A DNA stretch of 58,505 bases, filler included, from Sphacelaria rigidula (lineage: Eukaryota): the NCBI GenBank assembly GCA_964200075.2. It is 8 parts of 8 records of this genome, joined end to end, with 100 filler letters (N's around TTAATTAATTAA, not from the genome) between each part and the next. Parts side by side here need not be neighbours in the genome. Positions count along the whole stretch, not along the records: positions 43,956 to 51,180 come from CAXNAA020015877.1; positions 51,281 to 58,505 come from CAXNAA020015878.1; 6 more parts are not named here. The stretch is one strand, 5' to 3'. The notes under the pieces are model-generated. The model did not search any database and had not been told where the DNA came from. It worked only from the letters and a program-made list of their open reading frames with translations. The position numbers were made by a program, and so were the translations under genes. Positions 48,818-58,505 of the stretch are shown here, piece by piece. Position 1 is the stretch's first letter; each line of letters starts with the position of its first letter.

Positions 48818-50551
48818 TGACGTTCATCGTGTATCGTTCTGCGTTGGACTTTCCCACGTGCTGTGAGCTTACGCTTGTTTCAGACATAACGGTGAGACGA
48901 TAACGAGGTTGATTTAGAGAACGAACAGATGCATGAAGGTCGACATGATAGTAAAAAGGAATCAGTGCACACTCAGAATGGTGAAATGTGTAACCATGTA
49001 GTAAAAGTAAGTCATATCATGCATGAGCTAGCGAGACATCGTAACTTGCATGACCGAAATGCTTTTGTTGTTCGCTCTAGTACGTATTTGACTTGTACAG
49101 TAGAGATACACGTTGGCAATAACAACAACTGGCCAACACTATTCTGTTTGTATCATGGTGCTTCCAACCGGGACTATTGTGTCGACTGTTGTCATCTGTG
49201 ACATAATTGATCACTCCTCTTGCAATTTTCCGAAATGCGCTCTTTCAACAACGCATACACCACAGAGATGTTTCGGCCCCCATACATGAAAATTCGTCTT
49301 CCGCCTCAAACGAGAACCCTTCATGTGATGAAGAATTTTGCTGTCTGAGAATGACGAATGAACGAACTGGTCCTCGGTCAATCGCTGGACTTTGAGCTTG
49401 CTGATCACTGATCATACAGCTGAAATCCAGCTACCTAGACTGTTTTCATGTACTACGATCTGTCTGATACCGTTGAACTGGGCGTATAAAGGCAGGCCAT
49501 CTGTTGTGTGCATCACGCATCATCTGAAATAGCGTTGCAGAACGCTTGCACAGTGCACGAACCAGGCTGATACCCCATACACATTGCCATATAAATGTGG
49601 AGGGTTTTTAGATGTGATAATCTTCCTTACGCCTTGAAAAAAATCTGCTTTTGCGGAGTGGGTACAGGAACGAAATGTGAAAGTTGAACCTGCAAGGAGG
49701 TGTGACATGAGACAACTTGATGCTTGCTCTATACACCACATCACGGTTGACGCCAAGATGAAATGATTCTCTACACCGCTTTGCTGTATTCTTGGATGTC
49801 ATAACTGCTGTACGCCCGCGTTTGCTGTGTAACGCAGCTGCTTAGTCTTACTGTAGGCTCTGATTTCGCCGTGTTATGAGACAACGCTATGCTTGCTTTA
49901 TAGCCGTGACAGGTCAAATATTGTCGTGTAGACCTGATTGAGTAGAATCACGGTGGATACTAGGATTGCATGACTCTCCACACTGCTTTGCTGAATATTT
50001 CCATGCAACAGCTGCTGCATGTTTTCTGCTGTGCAATGCAGCTAAGAGGAGCGACGCTATGCTGCCTCATACATCAAGTTTGCCCTTTACTGTATTCGCA
50101 ACACGTGAGTTTGCACTGTGACTCAAAATGAAGTGAAACCACTGCGCCCATTTCACACGCCCCGCTTACCGACGCCAGCTGGGGTTGAAGTTTGAATTTG
50201 TTCACCCCAAGCCTGCGCAATGATACCCGTGCAGCTCCGTCGTGAAACAACCGTTGCGATTGGGAGTGATGATGCTATAAAGGATGGCTGTTGTAAGCGA
50301 CATACATAATTGCTTGGATGCCACGTCTATCACTCTCGAAAATCATAGACGCACGGGAGAGTGCTTCAGGTGTCCAAACGTTGCCGGGGCGCGATCTTTT
50401 TCATGCATTCAGGCACTTTAGCTGCGAGTGAAGTACTTTCACTTGAGGCGCGAATATCCTCGTGTTACAGTCACATGCAGAAACGGGATGGGGCATGCAA
50501 ACTAGGTTGGATTTATATATCATTTCAACCCCACTGCTTCAAGTTTAAGCT

Positions 50552-50821
50552 CTAGGCGTTGCCGCTGGACGGAGTAACGTTCGACTCGTTCAGATCCAGC
50601 TCCTCCCTCACGTTGATTGGAAGCGGCGAGAAAAAATGGTCCATCACTTCAGGGGCGGATGATGCATCGCGCGACGCAGTCGAAGAAGATGCTGACGGTA
50701 TCGGGGACGGGATTGGGGCCGAAGAGCCGGAGAAGATCGGCGGGGATGTCGGCGGCGATCGATGCATCTGCGGAGTGGACGGGTGCATCGGCGGCGGTAG
50801 TGCCGGCGGAGTCGGCGGAGT

Positions 50822-50852
<31 letters not shown>

Positions 50853-50962
50853 GGCGGCGGCGGCTCGAACTCCACTGTGTGATATGTCGGGGGGAGCAGC
50901 GGTGTGGCGACGGCGGCGGCGGTGCTGCCATGAACCATCAGCCCTGACGCTAGCGCTGGGGT
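50552..50962 (-). CDS. Pro-rich terminal exon of an unknown protein
   Basis: cttcttatacatag acceptor in phase with TPALASGLMVHG...poly-P...SSGNA-TAG. Confidence 0.6.
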
Positions 50963-51180
50963 CTATGTATAAGAAAAGGTCCCTTGTGGATTAATGTATA
51001 TTATACTCTCCACCAAAACGTAAAAATCCAGAAAAGCGCACTGCCAAAAAGGGGCGTGGTCCCTCATGAAGACCCACTCATGTAGAAAAACAACACGTCA
51101 GAGCCTTATTCCTTGGCCACGCGACTTGGCGTGTGCCCCTCAACGGATCCTTGCTGCAACCAACAAATCGGGTATACCTT

Positions 51181-51280
51181 NNNNNNNNNNNNNNNNNNNN
51201 NNNNNNNNNNNNNNNNNNNNNNNNTTAATTAATTAANNNNNNNNNNNNNNNNNNNNNNNNNNNNNNNNNNNNNNNNNNNN
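51181..51280. other. Artificial contig linker
   Basis: Same spacer. Confidence 0.98.
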
Positions 51281-51356
51281 CTTCAGGGGGCGGTGGAGCG
51301 GCCGGGTCAACATGAGCACGTGTGGGTGCGGGGCGCCGGGGGGCACCGGGCGATAC
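51281..51356 (-). CDS. Probable next exon of the alpha2-delta-like gene, truncated or low quality at the contig edge
   Basis: ctctag acceptor; gacccg...cgccccctg resembles the expected YDPRxRPW, but the frame is broken. Confidence 0.4.
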
Positions 51357-51821
51357 CTAGAGTGTTGTATGTGTTCATCGTGCGAATATTCACCAACCAT
51401 TCACCGTGAAGCTGAATGGAAAGTACTCATCAAGGGGTGCTAGGGAGCACTTCAACGGAGGGCAGCGCAGACGGCTATGGTGTTGGATAGCGGGCGATAC
51501 TGCTGTTTGATGTGAACTCAACACGTGGCTGTGTATTCCAAATTGAGTTCTCTGGTGATCCCCGCGCAACATATACGCGACATATTTACAATGCGCTAAA
51601 ACCTCAAAGCAGAGTACACACCGAGCAGAGGCATTGGTGGAGACATGATCCAACAAAAATGGTCTAGCTCGTTTTCAATATGCGGAGGCAACGCTGAATT
51701 TTACCGTTCATCTAAACTGGGAAAGCACGGACCGTCAATGCGAGGAAATCCGTCGCGTAGATCACCCGAACAGAGGATCCAACAAGGCAAGAGCTGAGAA
51801 CCTGGGAAACGAAATACTTAC

Positions 51822-52013
51822 CGGGGTACATGCGCATGACTCCAGTCCAAGATCCGAAGTAGTTGAATATTGGCGATATTTCGACCCCCGCCGAATCGAC
51901 GTGCTCACTTTTGAGGGTGGGGTCGAGAACCAGGCTGTAGCAAACAGTTTCCAAGGCGTCGAAGTTCGAGAGATTGTAGTTCGGCCCAGCTAGGCTGTCC
52001 GGGGGCATCCGAA
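51822..52013 (-). CDS. Alpha2-delta-like (VWA_N/Cache) protein, exon with the YFGS..G.MR.YPG motif
   Basis: gcgcag acceptor and gtaagt donor, 192 nt, phase 1-1, in frame with the upstream exon: VRMPPDSL...ETVCYSLVLDPTLK...NYFGSWTGVMRMYPG. Confidence 0.82.
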
Positions 52014-52611
52014 CTGCGCAGCCCAAGAACGTTGGAGACGGCGTGTGGATACAACGACGTTAGACGAGATCCATCTGCACGGTGTCTTGTTGATACTTTC
52101 ATGCCGTGATACATGTCAGTCGACAGCCATACCTGTGCAGCTAATGGGCGTAGAGATTTTCGAAATGTACGTGTGGCATTGTAGTTGGATGGATTGTACC
52201 CGACAGTAACCACACTACCGGGGCGCGGTTGACGCTGTGTGCAGCACGAAAATAGGAATAGGGGACACTATGGGCGCCGATGAAAGTTGCACCACCGACA
52301 GCTAGGTACATCTCATCTGGCTTCCGATAACGGAAGCCTCGCGCTAGGTGTTTATGAACCTCAAGAAAGCATACAATAGCAGGACTGTGTTTTACTACAT
52401 GCAAACAAACCTGACAGGAAAAGAAACCTTCCCTGGAAACTGCCAAGTGACGAGGAAGTACAAAGTAGCAGCACCGTGAAAATACGAGGGAGCAGCACAA
52501 TATTTAGATGTATTCGCCTTACATGGGTATCAGGGGATATTACTGAGTGGAAAGACAACACATGAGGAAGAGCACAGCGAGACGCGTCGGGTGCAAATAC
52601 TCTTGCCTCAC

Positions 52612-52870
52612 CGACGGGATGGTCGAAGTCTTGAATGAAGCCACAACCGGCTTTTTTGCAAACATCGGCAGTTACGACCTGCTCCACGCATTCTCCCGCT
52701 GGCAAGCGACTCTGGCATGCCGAGAAGTGCTGCCCCTCGCATTCAGCTCTGGTGATGCCACACCTACTCTCGAACGCCTGACCAAAGGGACCAGTGTGCA
52801 AGTAGATCGGCGCGGATGCAGCGCAGAACACTATGGTAATTAGCGCCAGACCGAGATATCGATCAACCAT
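52612..52870 (-). CDS. Alpha2-delta-like (VWA_N/Cache) extracellular protein, Cys-rich exon
   Basis: AFESRCG..C...C..RLP..C...C...CGFIQDFDHPV, donor G|gtgagg at 52611; begins either at ATG 52870 (signal-peptide-like) or at acceptor tttggtcag 52777. Confidence 0.7.
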
Positions 52871-53699
52871 GATCTAAACCGGTAAGGTTTCGTGGTGTAC
52901 GTAACATTACAATACTGGCAAGGTCTCTAGCTTTGAGCAGCGCTGAAATTGGAGTAATTTGTTTTATTTACTCCTTCATGATGTGCACGACATCACGAAC
53001 TCTGCCCGGGTCAAACCCTACATTTCTTGTCCACATTGAGTGAGCAATTCGCATAACATCACGAAACCGATCTAGACAAAACCCCACGCGTTCTTATATC
53101 TTGCAGTATCTGCGCGCTTTCTATGAAGTAAACGGGTTACTATTGATGCTCGTACTCGTGGTGAGAACATACTCTCACCTCCGTTTTGTAATGTGACTGG
53201 CACTCTGCGAACGCACCGAAAAATCCGTCAGAGAGTTACTTGATACTCACAACGGGGTGGGTTGAGACACGTTGTCGATTGTTTCAACCTCACGATCTGA
53301 CTTTACCTTGCAACTTCCATCCGGAATGTTGATACCCTAGATAGATGTCTATGTAGGATAACACATCTTCGTATGTATATTCATTTGGAATATTAACCCC
53401 GTCGGGAATACCCACACCCATCTGAGATATGGGCATATCAGTATTTTATTGGTAATTTAATTATCATTGATTACTGATCATTATTTTATTTTTTACTCGC
53501 TTATTCATGATATATCTTGTATAATTCATACGACTAAAAATGTTATAAATATGAAATTATTACAATTACTTTGACACCAGTAGTCATCACCATTATTGTG
53601 AATACCACTTGTGAAAAGTCAGAAATGCACGTTATATCACGTTCTATCTACTGTCGGTGCTCGAAAACACGTATCCCCTCAAATCGAAGTGCCGGGTAC

Positions 53700-54500
53700 T
53701 CGTTCTTGGACGGAGTTGCCTCATGGACATGGGCTAGCTGCAATATGTTGACATATGCCAGAAAATCAACCATTTCACCCACACGCGGCCCGTCAATACG
53801 AAGTGTCTGCCTTAAACGTAGGGGAGATAGTACCTGTCGAGTGTTGTCAGCTCTTTAGGCAGCAGGCTGAACTCTGAAGCCGTCGACAATTCGGTGAGTA
53901 CATCGTGGACGAGTAAATCGTGGACGCAGGTTGTCCAAGATGTGTCCGAATGTTCTCGAGTTGAAGAGGAGGGGGCTAACATGTACATGACAGCCTAGCC
54001 CAAAGCACGCCATGCTCAGGAATTATTCGATGTGCTACCACTGGAGTTCCTCCAGTACCTACCGAGGACGTCCGGAAAGAAACCAGGAGTTCATCGGGTA
54101 GTACACTCGCTAGTACATCTGCGGTCTTTCCGGACAGCTGTGTTGTCTTTGAGAGTACCTGGGGTTGTTTTTGAGTTGACCCTTGCCTGGTGGCCATGCC
54201 AATCCCCTTGCGTAATCTGTCTTTTCTTTAATTTCCCTACTCTTTCGGAGTGCTTTTTCTTGCAGATCTGAAGGGTTGTTTTTTCCCCTTCTTACCTTGT
54301 TGAACTCGGGGAAGCTACTTCTCACATCTTTTCTTGGCGTCTCTTTTCTTGTCTTCATTTTGGTATTATTCTAGTCGATTGTGTTTGTTCTTGTACCTAG
54401 GCTGGAGTCTCAGAAAAAATAGCGAGAACTCCATGTCTTGTAAGGAACAGCAGGGACGGTAATGGAAAGACGAGGCTAAGTCTGTCACCACAGAATCGAG
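53700..54500 (-). mobile_element. Possible Ty3/Gypsy remnant
   Basis: YYLPYV*GRHFVLT resembles the RNase H RPYL.GRHF.L motif; otherwise decayed. Confidence 0.25.
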
Positions 54501-54520
54501 AGATCGGACTAGTATGCGGA

Positions 54521-54623
54521 AATAATGAAGATAATAATGAAGATAATAATGAAGATAATAATGAAGATAATAATGAAGATAATAATAATAATAATAACAA
54601 CAACAACAACGACAACAACAACG

Positions 54624-54715
<92 letters not shown>

Positions 54716-54723
54716 AATAACAA
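54521..54723 (+). repeat. Compound microsatellite (ATAATGAAGATA)5-(AAT)n-(AAC)n-(AAG)n
   Basis: Seen directly. Confidence 0.97.
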
Positions 54724-55199
54724 CGCACAGAGTGTGTAGAGCTTCACCTACTGCATCCACACAATATTCAATATTTGGAATGGGCCACCTCTTGCCAATA
54801 GTATATACGATTTGAGTGTGAATTTTCAAATTGTATGTGCAAACATAAACACAACATTGCACTGAATTTGTCAGCCATGATCGTCCGCACCGAACAATGT
54901 CTTTTTAGGTTGCTATTCGCGCCATAGACAGCATACCTTTCTCGCACCAATGTTATCTCATTACAGGATCATGAATGAACATTTGTTTTATGCTCACATT
55001 TCACATGCGCATATTTTGTTATATTCTTAAAGACTGTAATATCGACCCTGAGATCAAAGTCATTACACATACTGTGGGGATTTATTGAGTCTACAATTGA
55101 GTCTCGACCACTGATCGATATTGCCTTTCTCTTGTCCAAAAAAAACCCATCTATGTTCAAAAAATAAAACCATCCAAACACCTACCCATTCTCATATCT

Positions 55200-55620
55200 T
55201 GATGAAAAAAACTATTTTTTTGAATAACATTTTATAATATTAATATTTTTTTCTCAATTTTTTGTGTGTTAGTAACTTGTTGAATAAGATAAAAACTAAT
55301 AAAAAAAAGTATTTCTGATCCCATAAAAAGTAAATCTATATTTTATTATAATTCAATTTCTTCATATCTTATTTATAATTTAATAATTTAAATTGATTCA
55401 TTTGTAATTATTAAAATTGGTCGTTTTAAGTTGAATAAAATATAGATATAAAACTAATATATATATATATATATCATTTTTGATGATGATTATAAATTGA
55501 ATTAATATTAATATGATAATTGTTAAATAATATTTAATGGATCTTTTATTAATCCAATTAAACAATCTTGAATTAATTAATTAATTAATTGATACACCCT
55601 CCTGTTTTATTGTACGTATA
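55200..55620. other. Extremely AT-rich island
   Basis: Almost entirely A/T against a balanced-GC background. Confidence 0.85.
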
Positions 55621-56427
55621 GAATAAACAAAATTTTGATAATATCTTCGCTGCTGCGAAGAAATATATTTTGTCTTTGCCATCACTAAGATTTTGTTGGT
55701 CCTGAAGTATTATTTTGGCAAGATCAATATAGCACGAGTGTATGCCCGGTACTCAAGCGTTCACTATATTTGTGTACATACATGTCATTGTCATCTTATG
55801 ATCATAATATGTCAAGTGTTCTGAGTGAATAGTTCATATGTATGTCTCAAAAATTGCCGGGTTGTGTCATCGGTAACTGAAATGTCTCTCACCCTCGGTC
55901 TTCGATCAAGTGTTACGTTAAGCTTTTTCCATACTTGATTCAAGTCGAACATGAAGCACATAGGAATATTTTTCTAAACCGTTTCGTCTGCAGGAGGAAG
56001 CCATGTCTATCAATCACTACGCATGAGCATAGCGCGAGATCAACCAACTTCCGAACTGTCAAGTTGTTTGATATAGAACGAACCTTGAGAAGTCCGTTGT
56101 CACGAGTCCACCGATGCCATTCTAGATGCACGCTTGTCTTGTTTTTCATGTGTCTTCGCTTCAAGGCCCCAACACAATTGTAAGTTTGTTTGGAGACTTG
56201 CGCGGTTGGCGAAAACACGACAGCGGGAGGGAGATAGTGTCTTGAAGAGCGACACCACCACCGTATCATCTATGATGATGGTTGCACTTCATTGTACTCC
56301 CGGCACTGCGACGGACAAACAGGTACGGTACCGTACCATCCACCACCAATGAACCATCGGCAAAGATAGTGACCCCACCTCTTCTATGATATGCATGCGA
56401 GAATGCTGTACTTCCCCTCTGTCCGGT

Positions 56428-56637
56428 TGTAATGCGTGAGAGGACCGCGTGCCAAGTGGACCGCATCGTAGTTCGAAACACCTCAGGACCGACGTTTTCA
56501 GAAACCAATCGGGCAGTTCCTGCAGGAACCACGCCCCTGATCCTATCCCCAACATTGGCCCTAACCCTAACCCTAACTACAGGGACGTGTCAATTTCGAT
56601 GCGGTCCCCCAAACACGCAGTCCTCCCACGCATGACA
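56428..56637. mobile_element. TIR MITE family T with internal (CCCTAA)3
   Basis: tgtaatgcgtgagaggaccgcgtg ... cacgcagtcctcccacgcatgaca; a diverged partial copy lies at ~57119-57200. Confidence 0.85.
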
Positions 56638-58505
56638 GATGGCGTCCTGAGCACAACCTGCTTCGTTTCCCAATCTCTATTGATGCTAGGACTTTCGAGT
56701 GCTAAGGAAGAATACTATGCGAGAAAATTCAGAGGAATACCCAACTATAAACAAATTTACCCAAACCGAGCTCTGCATATAACAAAGGAGGGTGAACCAA
56801 TCACGATCACTGATGTGAATAATTTTACAGGCCCTTATTTTTCTCTTCACCTTCATTTGTGCTAGAGCCAAGAACAACTGTGTTTTGAAACGAAAATGGT
56901 CAGTGACACCCCCTACCAACTCCGCCTGCCAGACGTTCAATATTGAGCACAGAAATGATTTGATTTCACATTGTGGAGCAGATGCCCAGTTTTCCTTATC
57001 CACGAACTTCGGAATAAATGCCCACTGGAATGAGCGGTGGCAGGCGCGCAAACGTTTGAAAATCGAAGCGTGCCAAAGAATTACAAACATGTCCTTTTCC
57101 TGCTGAAAACTGCGATTCTGAAGTGTGTGGGAGGGTCGCGTGCTCTTTGGACCGCGTCGGAGTTGAAATACCCCAGAACCGACTTGTCGGGAGGACCGCA
57201 CGGGCCTCGTCAATGCAAGGGCCATGCCCCGAGTAAACTTGGGCCGCGCATTTATCGAGCCAGGGATAGCGAAGCCAGTCAAGGTGAGTGCAACGACAGG
57301 ACGACGCGCAGTGTGCCCTGGAAGGGAGGAGGGCGAGAATTTCATAATTGTAAGATTCAGTCAACCGTAACTCGCGTGGGAGTCACCCTCGCATGTGAAA
57401 TGCAGTGGGAAAGAGTTGTTACCAGTTTATTTTAGCGAGGCATCGGCGCCTACCACGTCGCCATGAGCGCATCGACACACGGATACTCGACGCTTCAGGG
57501 TAACAGATGCGGAGATGATCCATCCGCTCGGGACCAACAGGTACCCGGTGCCGAAACGAGTCTTCTGCTCCGTACACACAGGTACCAGATATCGACACGA
57601 CCCACCTGCTCGGTGCTTGCAGGTACTAAAATATGGTTTGCATGCGGTTTACTTTGTCATTCAAGGCAGCTTCAACGTGATCACACAAGTTCAAGACCAA
57701 GTCACTGCGATATCATCTCCGTAGGCGAGAAATTTAAGTTGCGTAGTCTTGATCCTGTGTGCTCATTTCGCAGTTGCCTTGAATGGCAGAGTGCATCGCA
57801 TGCAAATCGAATTTCAGTACCTGAAACTACCGAGCAGATGGGTCGTGTTGGTATTTGATATCTGAATTGACGGAGCAGGACGATCCTTCTGCCATCTGGT
57901 ACCTGTCAGTTCCGAGCACATGAATCGTCTCGGAAATAAAGGGGACATTTGCATCGTATAACGGCATCGTGTAGCTGCGATATGCGGGAGCAAATGATGG
58001 ACCTGCTCAAGACGACGTGACCCGGCTACAACAGATACACGCAACATCGTCCACATGGATCAAGTCATGAACCGTATTTGATTAATTATCAACAATCAAC
58101 AGCACGTTGTTTTCTATTTTGATGATCGAATCAACTTTTCATCAATATATAAACCTTGGTTAATGGTGCACAACCCTAATCTGGACGAGATCGCTTCTCG
58201 ATACGATTGAAGATCGGTCGTTGTTGGGACAATAACTTTGCAAAAGTGACTTTTTTTTGTATGATATCACTTTCGAAAAGGGTCCTGTCTTAGCGAACGC
58301 CCGATGGAAAAGGAAAAATCCGATCTAATAGGTCTGATAGGTCGTCACCTCCACGAAAATGGCTTTAGACACGCCCTGAGGGAATGGATCAGAACGCGGA
58401 AAGGTGGGGCCTGAGGTGGGGCCTGACGAGATGGTTCGATTAAAAAATTTCATACTGGCCTCAAAAGGGGGGAGGGGGGGAGGTGTACTCATGATCGGGC
58501 ATGCC

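Noticed and set aside
55571..55590. TTAATTAATTAA run resembling the assembly linker
   Set aside because: No flanking Ns and off the linker spacing; a natural (TTAA)n run in an AT-rich island
56686..57345. 219-aa minus-strand ORF
   Set aside because: It overlaps a family T MITE fragment and shows no recognisable domain

Overview
This is eukaryotic nuclear DNA, most likely from a brown alga (Phaeophyceae). That assignment is an inference from TTAGGG-type repeats, GT-AG exons, the LINE ORF2 tail and the repeat landscape. The window is not one locus. It is eight size-sorted contigs (5 x 7226 bp, 3 x 7225 bp) joined by artificial 100-bp N44-TTAATTAATTAA-N44 linkers, so adjacency across a linker means nothing. 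Most of the sequence is transposon debris: tRNA-derived SINEs, many foldback MITEs (one TIR family carries internal telomeric repeats), a decayed Penelope-like element between ~400-bp direct repeats, a LINE 3' remnant, a frameshifted Academ-like DDE transposase and weaker ISL2EU/Harbinger and Gypsy traces. Host genes appear only as isolated exons: a spliced alpha2-delta-like (VWA_N/Cache) gene fragment, a Ser/Gly/Gln-rich exon and a Pro-rich terminal exon. The most unusual structures are a 25-unit hairpin minisatellite with a higher-order duplication (CRISPR-like in appearance but not CRISPR), a duplicated CAG/CTG-armed hairpin, and AT-rich islands with intronless ORF remnants. No intact novel system can be demonstrated from the sequence alone, and most ORF-track entries are spurious.
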